Source: Selaginella moellendorffii (Eukaryota > Plantae > Lycopodiophyta). Taken from it: DNA of 64,000 bases. Made by a program: the position numbers and the translations under genes. Shown here piece after piece: positions 48,995 through 63,228 of the stretch; positions within the stretch are counted from its first letter, which is position 1, and each line of letters begins with the position of its first letter. The stretch covers positions 2,473,048 through 2,537,047 of the forward strand of contig NW_003314270.1 in assembly GCF_000143415.4 (NCBI RefSeq). Direction: 5' to 3'. Below the pieces are notes generated by a model. It was not told the DNA's origin. It made no database searches and worked only from the letters and a program-made list of their open reading frames with translations.

Positions 48995-50810
48995 TGGATA
49001 TATTTAAAACATGGTTAGGTATTCTAGGATATTTTACTATTTAATGGTTGTTATTAATCTAAATTAATTTTGTATTTATAATTTATTTAAACACTTTCTA
49101 GTATATTCTTTTTTATTCTACCATCTAATGGTTGATATGCAATAAGATTAATCTTGTGTTTATGAATTATAAACATGTTTATAATTATAAACTTCTATTT
49201 GCTCAATTCAATTAATAAATAGGAATAACACTACTATTAATCAAACCAAGCATTGTTACATGCAACGTGTAGCAAAGTTTTTGTAATTTCATCAAAATTA
49301 TTTTTATTTTCTAAAAGTGATGATTTAATTTGTATTACTAAATTCCAAACACTAGAAGACATTTTCAGAGAACACTAAGTTCTCCCTATATCACTAGTGG
49401 GGTGCATGGAATAAAAAATTAAAAATTCCCCCTTTGGAAAATTTCTCTTTAAGGGACACATATACATATGGAATTGCCCTTTAAAGGCTGGTAAAATAAT
49501 TAATAGAATTTTTTTCATTAAAAGTGATTAAAACTAATGCCACTTTTTTAGTCCATTTCATTTTAATTCAAAATAACCATCACAAAATATGTTTCATCCT
49601 CCATTTTTATCTCATCTGAAGCAAATTTTTACATTTATATCAACATCACTCCCTTCTCTTCATATTTCTTTGATTTTCCTTCTGTTTCAAGTGCCTCTTT
49701 AATAACCTTATCATGCCACCAAAAATTAGAGCATCCTTCCTTTTCATACCATAAAAAATTATAACATTCCTGTTAATTCCAAGGTTTCCAAATTTCAATC
49801 TAATATAACTTTAAGTTTTTAAACTCTAAGTGAACCAATTAACTGTAACTCATCCATATAGCTATAAAGAAGATAAAGCAAAGAAGGAAAAAAAGGTGGT
49901 ATAAGAGAAAGTGAAGGGAGAAAAACTCTAATTAAAAAAATGGAAATGGGCTAATTAAAAGGATCAAATTTATATCAAATTTAAAATGAAAGATGAATTT
50001 AGAAAACCTTTAAAGTGGGCTAAATTTATAGAGTGTATTAAATATGAGCTTGTGTTTAAAATCCATTCTCTAAAATTTCAATTATTAGCTTTCTGAAATT
50101 CGTGAAATTTGTGATTTGAATTTAAATAACATATGGCAACATAATGGAATAGATATTAAAAAATTTGTATAGTAGATTTTTTAAGGCCAAAACTTCGTGT
50201 GGAATATGGTCCAATTATATTATTTTGCACCAATTTTGGTTTGCTTTATATATATTATAATTCCTAAACTTTATGGGTTATTAGATCTGGTAAATCGGCA
50301 CTATCAAATGAGGATAACTTTGGTAAATATGAAGAAAGAGGATTTAAGTTTTATAAATGTATTTCAAAATTTATTTCATAAAAATATTTGATTAAAGAGC
50401 ACTTTGAACAGACTCGATGATTATGTTGATAAAAATTTATAAACTTCTTAGTTTAGACTTCCAGATAGATTACGTAGTCCAGTATTGCTCAAACTCAAAA
50501 ATACTTAATTTAAATATTCCAATATCTTTAACTAATTAGAAAAAAAGATACACTTTTATTTATATATTTTTTCCTTTTATATTTAAATTCTTATGAATTG
50601 TTTCTTGAATTTTTTTTTTTTTGCTTAAGAAAACCTGTAGGAGATTGGAATGGTAGTGAATACTTGGATATTCTAGGATATTTTACCATCTAACAATTAG
50701 ATTAATTTTGTATTTATAATTTATAAAATTTCTTAAACCCTTTCAAGTATATTCTTTTTTATTCTATCATCTAATGGTTGATAATAAATTACAAACATGC
50801 TTATAATTAT
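48995..50810. repeat. Two diverged AT-rich direct repeats (~48995-49190 and ~50655-50810) in an AT-rich intergenic island
   Basis: Shared attctaggatattttac...aattttgtatttataattta...tattcttttttattcta.catctaatggttgata. Confidence 0.6.
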
Positions 50811-51667
50811 CTTAATACTTTAAAACTTGTAATTATATATTTGTATATTTATAAGTTTTATCATTGTTTTATAGTTATAACTAGTTATCTTGTTTTCTAT
50901 CAAAAATATTTATTAAAAATGCTAAACATCTGAAGTGTTGCAAATATAACTTTGAGTATTTACAGACACTCTCTTCTTACTGCTATGACAGTAAGAGGTC
51001 AGTACAATTATCTCCTTTTATCATTCCCATTTGAATTAGTTAAGAAATTTATTCATGTTTATGCACTTAAATTGGATAAATATAAAGTAAAAACTTTATG
51101 TGTTTCTTGCTAAACATATATCACTCTTTTACATGAAGAGTTTAGAGGTTTATTATATTAAATTTTCTCTAAAGCTTTGCAATAAAAAAGCTTCTAGTAA
51201 TAAAAGCTTTGGCATTATTAATCCTGTAAGCAATTGCTCATGTAGAAATAAAATAGAATTTTCAGCATCAACATGGAACTTTTCTGGAATTGCAATGTGT
51301 TAGAGATATTATCAAACTGAAGGAACTTACTTACATCCATATATAAAAGAAGCGCCTCTAAAGGATCTGGATGCTTTTCTGTTTTACGCCTGAAACCTGA
51401 TTGATAAAAATTAGAGTGAGGCAGACAACGAGAATTTCAGCCGTACCAAATCGGTCCTTTGGAACGACTTTTTGAGGCCGCACTTCCAGACTCTGCAAAA
51501 ACACAAAACGCGAAAGCTTTTCATCCCCGCAAAACTCTGGGCTTTTTGATATATGAAAATAAATCCAGCTTACAAGCCTAGATGTTTTGGCAAATCCTTT
51601 AATCCATGTACCTGAGGAGTCTGGAGCTGCAATAGAACAAGCTATCGCCACACAAGCACAAGAGCGC

Positions 51668-54600
51668 TTAGTTAAGATAAAGCCGACACCTGCAAACACA
51701 GCCCAAAGCTGAGAGAGAGAGCCAAACTTCGAGAGTGCTGCTCTTACCTTTCAGCGCCACAAAGGCATGGAATCTTTTGTTCCTCGAACGGGAACTTGTA
51801 GTCGTACGTGAGCTCCTCTCCAACCTTAATATGCTTCTTGGAATAAATGAAAATTCTCTTCTGTCCTTCGACAGTTAGAATCTTCGTGTAGCAATTCGGC
51901 TGGAAGAGAAAAAGGAAGGTGTTAGGACTGACAAATTGGCAACGAGGATACGTGCGTCACAAGAGTGATTGATAAATCTCGCGAGGCCCCCGTGTTTGGT
52001 CGCATCCACCTAACGGAAAAAATGCGTCAGAAGAAAACACAGCACTGTGACACTTACGACGTTCTCCGCGTCTACTCTAAACAAGTAACTGCTATCGATC
52101 CCCATCTTTTCGTATCGACGCTCACGCAAGTCCGCCACCTAAAGAATCATCGTCAGTAGTTCGCCTCCAAACAAGCAAAGATCATACTCACTTTCGAACG
52201 AACCAGCTCGCCAATGTACTCGATGACAAAATCTTCAGGCTCTATAGACTGAAGCGCAATCACGCCCCAGGAATGTATCTTGCTGCGCTGAAACTTCAAA
52301 CTCTTCGTGCGGGCCTGCATGAAGAGAAGAGAACAAGCTTTAGCATACGTCTCGAAAACCAGTAATGCACCTTAAAATGTGTTCCCAGCAATCGGTTTTC
52401 CACTCTGTTTCTTCTGCTCCGTTGGACTTGAGAGGATGCTGCTGTCTTTCTATTCTCATGTTGATGGTGGCGGAGCTGTTGTGGTTGTAGATGATGTTGT
52501 TGTTGAACAGCAGCTGTTTTGGTAGGATGTCTTGCCTTACCAGGCCATTCCCGCCATTGCCATCCGCTCAGCCCGTAGCACCGCGCACAGCTTACTGAAG
52601 CCAAAGGATCTGCTTCTTTTGCATCACCCTCTACGCTGATCGTCATGTCCAGATCTCTGTACTTCGCACTAAGTTCAGCAGCCTCCAAGACTTTACGCTG
52701 AAAAGTGTCTTCATCGAGTTCGATCAGCGGCGCTGCTTCTCCAGTCTCGTCTTGTCCTTTCTCCTCCTCGACGACTATCACTGTGCTTGATGGTTTATCA
52801 GAGAAAAGCCCCGGAATCTTGTTCTCCTGATCTTGTTCAGTTGTTTCCTCTTCGACCACAGCTGCTGGCATTTCTCCTCCATGCTCTTGTGGACTTTCTT
52901 CTTTCTTTTCGGTTCTCTCCATCATATGCGATTCAAGAACCTGTTCCAGCTTCTTCAAACGTTTCCGTGGAATACGTTCCAGGGCTACTTCGTCACGTAA
53001 AGCCGCTCCACTATCTTCCCCCGCCATCACGCCCGAAGCCACACGCTTCTTCGATTTCTTTCGTCGTCCCCCGTCGTTATCCTTGTGTGACTTACGTTTT
53101 TTCTTAACCACTTGCTTTCCAGCTTTCACCACGTTCACTTCTGGAGACCTCTCTTCCTTATTTGACATGTCGGCCGCTGGATGTGTCTCAAGAAGCGAGC
53201 ACTGAGACTGATAGTCGGCGGCGACAGCATCTTGCATTTCGCTGTTTTGGAGTTTTCCCTGTTCCTTGTTCTCCACAGATGGAGTTTGTTCCAGCTCCTT
53301 CCGCTTCTTGAGGCGTTTTCGTGGAACACGTTCATCTGCAGCTTCTTCTCTTACGGTTGCTCCATTTTCTTCGATGTCCGTACTTGGTGCATGCTTCGTC
53401 GCTTTATTTCGTCGCTTCCCGTCTTCTTGCTTATGCGACTTTCGTGGAAGCATAGGCTGATCACAGGCCGTTTTATCAACATCGCACTCAGTAGGTGCAT
53501 CATCCTGAAAAGAAACTCCAGTTAGTTGCCAATTGCGAAGAAAAAACACTAACCAATTTCTGACAGAGAGCTTCTTGCTCAATCTGGGATTTTTTCCGAC
53601 TCTCCTGCTGCAAGATCCACCCATTTAAATACTGTCCGACGGCAGCATCTAGTATCGTTCGTTTAGCTGCCTCGACAACAGTTGTATGAAGCCTTTTTTG
53701 TATACTCTCCAGCGTTAGGATCTCGGCTCTTGTTGTTTGCCGAACTTCCCCTTGTGCTTGCTCAAATACTGGCTCCTGCAACAATAAAATGTTGGACGAG
53801 AGAAAACGTCGTACTATAGAACGCTAACCTTATCACAATCTGGTTTATGAGCTGTTGGTTCCGCATGTGATGCCACAGGAGCACTGGCCTCAGCCTTGAC
53901 AGATCCAGTGGCTGGATAGCTGTCGTTTTGTAAAGATCTTCCCCGCTTCCGCCTGGAACTCAAGCACGCGTCCACGAGATCATCGACAATTTCATCGACG
54001 ACATCCAAATACAGATTGGTTTGGACGTGGCTCAACGATGGATTATCGTCCGGTGTCGAATCCTGCATGGCTACCTTGGCTTGAATCAAATCTCCGAGAG
54101 CTTGCTGGTCGGCTAGTTCCAAAAGATTGCCGAGAGCAAAGCATGCGATTTGGACATGCACATGCATGACCTTCATAAACAACAGGAAAGAAGTTAGTCC
54201 AACTTAGAGAATAGCGTTGGATTTTACCTCGCACCATCCATTTACGTAACCATCGTGAAGCTTGCTAGCAAGCGTCAGCAGCGAGAAAGGACCCTGCATT
54301 TCTCCACTTTGAGATTTATAGGACCAGTAAGGATCACGCCAGAGCTGAAGAAAGGAAATACACAGAACTTTGTGAGCCACACAGAAGATAGAAAGGAAAG
54401 GAAAAAAAAACAGAGAGGAAGCTTACTTTGTAGTTGGATCTTGCGTTCTTCTCTGCCTGGATAGCATGCAAACGTTTCTCTCCTTTGGGGCAGCGAAAGT
54501 ACGTATGTCCCCCTTCACCACAAGTGTAGCACCTATTTTCCTTCCTAAACTTCTCCTTTTCTTCTTCTGTCAATCTCCTCGTAAAACCCCCGGAGAGACT

Positions 54601-54918
54601 TTGAGCAGGATTGACACCAACCGGACTGGCAGTCGTCTCTCTAAAACCCGGTGGCAGATCTTCTTCTCCAGGAGGAGCAGCAGCGCAATTGCCACTGCTG
54701 CTATTCACCGAAATTTCAATCCCGCGACTGGCAGCGTCGGGCTTAGACGAACCCCCAGACCTCGAAAAGCAACTGGATAGCCTCGATTTCGCGATCTCAG
54801 GCGCGGAGCTTCTCTGCGCGCCAGCAGCGGCACCATCGTCTCCCTCTCGGCCTCTAGATTTCCTCTTTTGCGTCACATCCCGCTTGTCCTGCCCTTTCTT
54901 CTTCCTTGCCTTGTCCAT
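51668..54918 (-). CDS. ATXR7: ATXR7/SDG25-like (SET1-type) H3K4 methyltransferase with an N-terminal CCHC knuckle and a GYF domain
   Basis: SET exons [14 protein letters not shown]...EYIGELVR...SSYLFRVD...[12 protein letters not shown]...[21 protein letters not shown]; GYF-like [14 protein letters not shown]. Confidence 0.85.
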
Positions 54919-55452
54919 GAATCTAGAAGCGCCGCTAATTTCATCGGATCATACCTCTCGTCTTGAATGTAGATCGACTCCGGCCATGCTCGCGCGAATT
55001 CTCCCAAGAACAAGCTCAATTGGATCGCGCTCTACCTAAAGAGATCCGCCATAGCTTAGGGCTAGGGCCATGCTTTTATGTAAAAGGGTATATTCTCCTC
55101 GCCCGATCCAGCCCTGGACGCGACGACGCCGGCGATCGATCGATAGGGATGCTGGCCTGATCGCGCAACACCGCTGTGAGTGCTCCATCGATCTCTGTGA
55201 GTATTTTGCTCGGTCATAGGGGTTTTAGAGGGTTTTTAGAAGCCTAGATCGGCGCATTCTTCCTCCTGGCCGATCCTGGTATGGCTTTTTGGTGTCTGGA
55301 GTTTTGCATTGCTGGGGCTGTTCTTGGGAGATTTTTCTTAGTGCTGGCTTGATTGGAAGCAATTGTTCCTGGGAGTCTCTCTTTGATCTTAGATTGTTTT
55401 TCTAGTTTTTTCTTTGCTCTTGGCTTACGTTTTCCTTGCAGGCTTGTAAAAG

Positions 55453-58400
55453 ATGGTGAGAAGCTTCGCATTGGCAGCCTTGGTGGTGTTCGTGTTCCTT
55501 GCTCTCAACACGGTGACATGCTTTAAGAGCGAGGAGTTTCGAAAGTGCCAGCAGACTCCCTTTTGCAAGGACTCTCGCGCTCGCAAACCCGGGACCTCTG
55601 GATTCCGAGCCTCGCCCGCCGAAGTTGTGGATGGATTCGTGCAAGCACGGCTAATCCCCGAGAATTCCACCGGGTCAGACAACTTGGTGCTCAAGCTCAT
55701 TGTGTATCAAGGTGGTGTGCTGCGGATCAAAGTCGACCAAGAGAACGTCCCCGGAGGAAAAAAGCGTTTCGAAGTCCCCGACGTTCTTGTGGACGGTTTA
55801 GAGAAGAAGCGGCTCTGGCTCCAGCGGATCACAGCGAAAGATGGACTCTCAACGTTCTACCTATCTTCCGGTCATGAAGTCGTGTTGCAACACGAGCCGT
55901 TCCAGGTGTATGTCACCAGAGGACAGGAAAAGCTTGTGTCCATCAACGGCAAAGGCTTGTTTCACTTCGAGCAGCGCCGGGAGAAGCAAGAAGGCGAGAA
56001 CTGGGAGGAACACTTCCGAAGCCACACTGACTCGAGGCCATATGGACCTCAATCCATCGGCTTCGACGTTTCTTTCCACGGTGCCGAGCACGTCTACGGG
56101 ATTCCAGAGCGAGCAACGAGCTTGGCCTTGAAGCCGACGAGAGGGACGGAAGAACACTCGGAGCCTTATCGACTCTTCAACCTGGACGTGTTCGAGTACC
56201 TCGCCGAGTCGCCATTCGGGCTGTATGGATCCATCCCGTTTATGCTCTCTCACGGCTCCAAGAGGACCTCGGGGTTCTTCTGGCTCAACGCGGCGGAGAT
56301 GCTCGTCGACGTTTTATCACCAGGCTGGGACGGTGCCGCCGCGGAGGAGTCCAAGCAAGGCATCGACACTCATTGGTTTGCGGAGGCTGGGATCGTGGAC
56401 GCTTTCGTTTTCGTTGGTCCTGGACCCAAGGACGTGGTGCAGCAGTACACCGGTGTCACTGGAACAACAGCGATGCCACCATTTTTCTCCATCGGATATC
56501 ATCAGTGCCGCTGGAACTACAAGGACGAAGCTGATGTTGCTCAGGTTGATGCGAAGTTTGACGAGTATGATATCCCGTATGATGTCATCTGGCTGGATAT
56601 CGAGCACACCGATGGCAAGCGCTACTTCACTTGGGATCCGATCACTTTTCCCACTCCAAAGGAGATGCAAGCTAAGCTCGAGGCTAAAGGTCGGCATATG
56701 GTGGCGATAGTGGATCCACACATCAAGAGGGACGAAGGCTTTGCTCTCCACAAAGAAGCTACGTCCAAAGGCTACTACGTGAAAAACTCGCATGGAAGCG
56801 ACTACGATGGCTGGTGCTGGCCGGGCTCGTCGTCCTACCCCGACTTGGTGAATCCGGAGATTCGTGCTTGGTGGGCGGAGAAGTTCACGCTGAAGAACTA
56901 CGTTGGCTCAACGTCGATTCTTCACATTTGGAATGACATGAACGAGCCATCCGTGTTTAATGGGCCGGAGGTACGTTTGCTCGATTTTTTCTTCAGGGAT
57001 TCACGTTTGCTTCCAGGTTTCCATGCCGCGAGACAACCTTCACTATAACGGCATTGAGCACCGTGACGTTCACAATGCTTATGGTTACTATTTCCATATG
57101 GCCACAACGCAAGGCCTTCGGAATCGCGAAGGCCAGAGACCATTTGTTCTGTCAAGAGCTGTCTTTGCCGGAACTCAGAAGATTGGTCCCATTTGGACTG
57201 GTGATAACACTGCAGACTGGGAACAGCTCAGAGTTTCAGTGCCTATGATTTTGTCACTCGGGATAACTGGAATCGCGTTCACAGGTATGATACATTTCTA
57301 TCAAAGACATCCTTGACAATGCTCTTCCAGGGGCGGATGTTGGAGGATTCTTTGGGAATCCTAGTTCGGAGTTACTGACTCGCTGGTATCAGCTAGGAGC
57401 GTTTTATCCCTTTTTTAGAGCTCATGCTCACCTTGACACAAAGCGGAGAGAACCATGGATTCCTGGGTATGAAGTTCTTTGCTAGCTTTTCCTAAGAAGG
57501 CTATGAAAAACTGCTTTTTTGTTGTGCAGGGAGCCATACACGTCCCGGATTCGTGAAGCCATTCATACACGCTATACACTGCTCCCTTACTACTACACTC
57601 TTTTCCGGGAAGCGCACGAAACAGGCATTCCTGTGATGCGACCACTTTGGTTTGAGCATCCAAACGATCCCGAGACGTTTGCAATGGACGACGAGTTCCT
57701 TATCGGCGATGCACTGCTCGTCCGCAGCGTGTACACGGAAGTAAGTTGTAAACTTCTGCTTGAGAAGAAAATAAAATGTTTTCCAACTTCGTTGCTGTTT
57801 TCAGGGATCGAATTTGGAGACGGTCTATCTGCCAGGATCCGAGCCATGGTTTGACATAAAGACCGGCCAAAGTTTCAATGGTGGCAAAACTTACAAGCTC
57901 GCTGTCTCACAAGACTCCATCCCTGCATTCCAGCGGGGTGGAACGATAATTCCTCGCAAGGACAGGTTTAGGCGCAGCTCATCCCAGATGGTGGATGATC
58001 CATACACTTTGGTAAGCCATCTTCTTTTACTTCCATCGCTTGAACGAGAATCTCACGAAGCACAAACTTTTATAGGTGATCGCGCTAAACTCTACTCAAG
58101 AAGCACAAGGAGAGCTCTACATCGACGACGGCAAGAGCTACGAGTTTGAGAAAGGAGCTTTCATCCACCGTCGCTTTAGCTTCTCGGGAGGCAAACTCTC
58201 CTCGTCCTCGGCCTCACCAGCCAGCAAGAGCTACAAGACTCTCTCCACGGTCGAGAGGATCATCATCCTGGGCCTGGATGCAAAGAAAGTCCCGGCAGCA
58301 CACCGAGCTCTTGTGGAGGAGGGGGGCCAAGACAGGCAGGCCGACATCGAGGCAGCGCCTCCGGTCTTGCGAGCCAAGCTCAAATCCAACGCTGTGGCCG

Positions 58401-58453
58401 TCAGGCTGCCAAACGTATCCATCGACAAAGATTGGTCCATTAAAGTCTTGTAA
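55453..58453 (+). CDS. RSW3: ER glucosidase II alpha subunit (GH31)
   Basis: Signal peptide; [10 protein letters not shown]; [12 protein letters not shown]; [19 protein letters not shown]; catalytic [14 protein letters not shown]; WTGDN. Confidence 0.95.
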
Positions 58454-58555
58454 AACCAAAGACTTGGAGAACTTGTCATAAGAGCTTTAACAAAAATGTT
58501 TCTCATGATCTGGAAGAACAAAAAGAAAGCTTCGAGTACCTCGGAGAGAAGAGCA

Positions 58556-60792
58556 TCACCGCCGGCCTTTCTTCTTGTTCTTGCCGCCACCTCTTGTCTC
58601 GGCAGGCTTGGAAGTGCTGGGACCATTCGATCCTGCTGCTGCTCCTGCTGCACCTGCTGCTACTGCCGAGGAAGAGGAAGTGTCCCTGGAAATCGCTCCT
58701 TGAGACCCTCTCAGCTGTGCAGTGCGCTTGTCCTTCTTCTTGGGCCTGTAGTAAGACCGCTCCCGCATTGGCATCCACCTCTCTGGATCCGGCGGCGGCC
58801 CCGGGTTCTCTGGATCGTAGCCTTTCGGATACCGAGGCTTTCTCTTCCTCTTCTTCTTCTTTTCCTCGGCTGGTTTCTCCTCGACGTTCGCTTGAATCGT
58901 TTTACTGCCACCCGGAACCACAGAGCTCTCTTCAAGCTTGCTTGCGTCCACCACCTTTACGTCCGGGAGCTGTTTCTCAAAGGTCTCTCCTTTGGCCACG
59001 TCGGTCTCGGCAAAGCAGGAGACGAGCCCCGTGATGGCTTCCAGCCCGACTGCCTTGGAAGAAGAGCTCTTTGCAAGCCTTTCATATAACTCAGCCGCCC
59101 CTGCAAAGTCCTTCGTCTTCAGCTTTAGCTTCGCAGCCTCGTGCAGCAGCAGCTCTACTATCTCGTCCCTCGTCTCCTCCATATTGTCTTCCCACCATTT
59201 CACAGACTCGAGCAGGATGGTTTGGGCCGCTTGCACGTCGCCTCCGCGTTCCTTGAGATCAACTGCCGTCGCCACTATCGCTGGCATATGCCTGATATCT
59301 GTGGCCTTTCGGAGGACGTCCGCAGCTTCCAGATAGTGTCCAGCAGTGGTCCTGGCTTGCGCACACAGGAGCAACGGCTCAACGGTGCTTTCGGTGTTTT
59401 TCTCTGCGTACTCCCCCAAAACTTCTTCCGCAAGATCGATTTTTCCTTCTTTCAATGACAAGCAGGCCTTGAGAACAACGGGCATGCTGCTGCCGCTGTA
59501 TTCTTCCACGAGTGATGGTATAAGTTCGCGCGCCTGGAACAGCAAGAATGTTTAAGAAAAAAAGAGCGGCAGATAATCGGAAAGCTCACCTGGTTAAGTT
59601 TGTTGGTGCTGAGAAGCAGTAGAAAGTAATTATAGACTAGAGCCTCTTTCTGATTGATGGACATCTTCTGTCCCAAGGCTTCGGGAAACTGGAGACGTTT
59701 ACCATCTGCATCCTTCTTCAGGACAACTTCGAGCTTCCTTAAGGAGTCGGATGCATCCTTGTTTTTGCGAATAGCTGCGAGATTGTTCGAAACCACAGCC
59801 AAGGTTGGCAGGTCCTTCTCCTTCAAATCTCTGTTCAAGATTGCAAGGCAACTCTCCGTGGCCTCGGTTGCACGTCCTTGTAACTGAGACAAACATGTCA
59901 TAAGAATCGAGCCGCATGGAAAACTAGAGTGTGGTTACCTGTAGCACATAGGCCAGCTGAGCTGTTACTGGAGCAAGCTCGTCCTCAATCTCATCTTCGC
60001 TGTACTCGTCCTCGAGCAGCATTTCCTGCCCGAGTCTACGTGCCAGAAGTAGATGCTCTTCGGCTTGCGAGAGCTCTTCTTGGTCTATCAAAACGCATGC
60101 GACGTTATATGCCAGCTCGAAAAGAGTTTTCGGATTGACTTGCATCGATCGCATGCGCTCGAAAGCCTCCCTGGATCTTCCTCCAGAGACATAGGCAGCA
60201 ATAGCATTGCTCTTCACTTCGCTCGACTCGATCCCAAACTCGCGGTGAAGGGTCTCGTAAGTTTCAACGCAGGAGTTAAGATCACCTGTCTTGAAGAGAG
60301 TCTGGGCTTTGAGTTGGAGAACACCTGGGCTGTTTTCCACTCCTTGTAAGATCTGTAAGACCTCCGCGAAGCGACCAAGACGGTACAAGCAATATGCCTA
60401 CAAAGGAAAAAACAAAGGTCATGAAAAACGCTTGATTGGAGAAGAACAATGTTTCAATCCTCACCTTCTCAAATTTCAGATCCACCACCGATCCTGCCGA
60501 GTGGATCGCAGCCAAAGCATCGCCAAAGCTGTCACTGTTGATCAGAGCAACCACTTTGCAATTCAGCGCATCCGGATCATCTGGATGCACCGCCAGCACT
60601 ACACAAGCGAAAAACACATCGCATTTAGCATTCTCTTCGCAAAAAATCCACACCTTGCTCGGCGATCTTGAGAATTTGCTTGTAGTTCTTCCTGGAGCTC
60701 TTGAGCAGCGCTTCCAGCTGCGCCAGCTGATCGTGGAGCGCATCATCGTCGGGCTGCTGCGGCGGAGCTGAGACGCCTCCTCCCTTCCACAT
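58556..60792 (-). CDS. SRP72: Signal recognition particle subunit SRP72
   Basis: TPR-like N-terminus; C-terminal KKRKRKPRYPKGYDPENPGPPPDPERWMPMRERSYYRP. Confidence 0.95.
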
Positions 60793-60863
60793 TGAAGAAC
60801 CCTAGATGAGCTAAACCAAACCCTATCGCGGTAGTAGCTTTTATTTTATTTTGCTGGGAAGGA

Positions 60864-63228
60864 ATGGCGATGGCGCCCGACCAGCAGGCGCTTCCGCCAG
60901 GACTGGAGAATGTGTTCCAGCAGTCCTATGTCTCGGATCTACTCTCCTATCCGCTGGATCGCCTCCACAAGGTAAGTCTAGATCTAGTTCTTGACGAAAT
61001 ATTTCTAGATCTATCGGACCGATTGTAGGAACCGGAGCTCCTGCGGGTCGATGCCGAGCGGATCTCTCGCCAGATGCAAGAGGTCGCGGTGGGGCATTAT
61101 CGAGCATTCATCACGGCGGCTGAATCGCTCCAGTTCATCACCAAGGAAGTGGCTAGTATCGATCAGCATGTGGAATCCCTGGTGAAGTACATTTATCTGG
61201 ATTTTCTTGATGATTCGTTTCACTCGCTTGTGTGTTCTTATATTGTTTGCGATGATTTTAGCTCTGAGATGATTTTTCTGATGTGTTCTTGAGATGGTTT
61301 GTTCAGTTGTTTTCGATTGCCTGAGATGATTCTTGTGCTAGATTTTTATCGCTCGGCATGGTTTGTGTGCTCCTGATTTTTTCGCTTAGATTTTCTTTTG
61401 TTAACTTGTTCGTATCTTAGATTGCAGAGATTCCTAAGCTGACCGCCGGCTGCAATGAATTCATGGATTCGGCTCAGCAAATTCTTGAGAAACGCAAGCT
61501 TAACAGGACATTGCTTGCGAACCATAGTACTCTGCTGGATTTGCTTGAGATCCCTCAGCTGATGGATACGTAAGTACCTTACATTAGCGGGCTTATTTTC
61601 TCTGTCTTTACTTTTGTTTGAGTCAGATTTCAGGTGTGTGCGGAATGGTAACTATGACGAGGCTCTTGATCTTGAGGCGTTCGTGGCAAAGCTCGCCACC
61701 ATGCATATGAGGTGCGTCAATCTAGTTTGCGGTATTTTTTCTCGTCTCATCTTTGTAGTTGCTTTATAGACTACCAGTCATCCAGTCTCTCGTAGCAGAT
61801 GTGAGACAAAACACGCAGTCTCTTCTTGCACAGCTCCTCCAGAGGTTGCGGTCCAATATTCAGGTATTTTTCGTGGAACAGTCGAATGCTTTGTTGAGCT
61901 TTGAATGTTGTAGGTTCCCGAGTGCCTCAGAATAATAGGATATCTACGTAGACTGGGAGTTTTCCACGACATTGAGCTGCGGTTGCAAGTAAGCTACCTT
62001 CCAGTTTTAATGCTCGTGAGCACCTATAAAATTGATGCTTTTCAGTTTTTAAAATGTAGGGAGGCCTGGCTTGCTGGCCTTCTCGACGATTTGGACCAAG
62101 GCAGTCCTTACATGTATTTGAAGAGCATGACCGAGTGCCATCGTGTGAACATTCACGATGTTGTCACTCAATATCGTGCTATTTTTTCAGATGACACTTC
62201 TGAGCCCTCGGATGGTGGCCTCCTGTTTAGCTGGGCAACACATCGCATAACCTGCCTGTTGGACACACTGCGCGAGTTGCTTCCCAAAGTCACCGAGGGT
62301 GCATCCTTGGCTCTTATTTTAGACTTGTGCATGGTACGTTGAGCATCCTATGTCTAGTCTTTGCTTCAACGTTTTGAGCTTTTGGCAGTACTGCGGGGTG
62401 AGTCTTGGCCGGGTGGGTCTCGACTTTAGAGGTCTTTTGCCACCAATTTTTGAATCGTAAGTTATCTTGAGCTCTTCCGGGGGATAGTTCTTATTGGTGA
62501 TTGTCTTTTGCAGGTGCGTGTATGACTTGTTTGTGCGGAACTTGTCGATAGCGTTGCAAAACTTCCAGGTAATTCTTCTTCAGCAAGTGTTGAGAGGAAG
62601 AATAAACTTTTATGTCTACAGCTCATGCTCGATTCCCACCGCTGGGTTCCTTTGCCTTCAGTTAGATTGTCCAGCAGAGATTCCGAGGACAAGAACGCCC
62701 CTCCTCAGTCTCTCATCGAACATCCACCTCTAGCCGTGTTTGTCAACGGTACGTGCCACTTCCTCTCGTGAGCCGCTCACAATCGTGTTTTCACAGGCAT
62801 TCTGGCAGCTCTTAACGAACTAAGGCTATGTGCTCCTGTGAGCTTGTCAAACAGGCTAGCGCTCGAGTTCCAGAAAGCACTGTGCAGTGTCTCGGATTCC
62901 CTGCTGCGCTACTCCTCGACGCGGATTCTCAAGGACAGCGAAGCGAATCTCTTCATGTCCTCGTGCCGTGCGTACGTGGAGGTAAGCGGGCCAACCAACC
63001 GATAAGATGATCCAACACTAACAACTCTCTACTCAGGTAGCTTCTCCATACTGTGTCGCGTGTTTCAGTCGCTGCTATCCATCCGCAATCACTGACACGA
63101 AAGCCAGTAGCGACGGTCTCCGGAAGCTAGTTTCATCGATGCCGGCCGAGAACGGATCTCCAGCGAGACTCCGAAGTGTTCCTGGAGTCGTGGAGAACAT
63201 AATCACCACTTCAGCAAATGGTAACTGA
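60864..63228 (+). CDS. COG8: Conserved oligomeric Golgi complex subunit 8 (Dor1)
   Basis: [20 protein letters not shown]; [26 protein letters not shown]; [12 protein letters not shown]; LGRVGLDFR. Confidence 0.93.
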
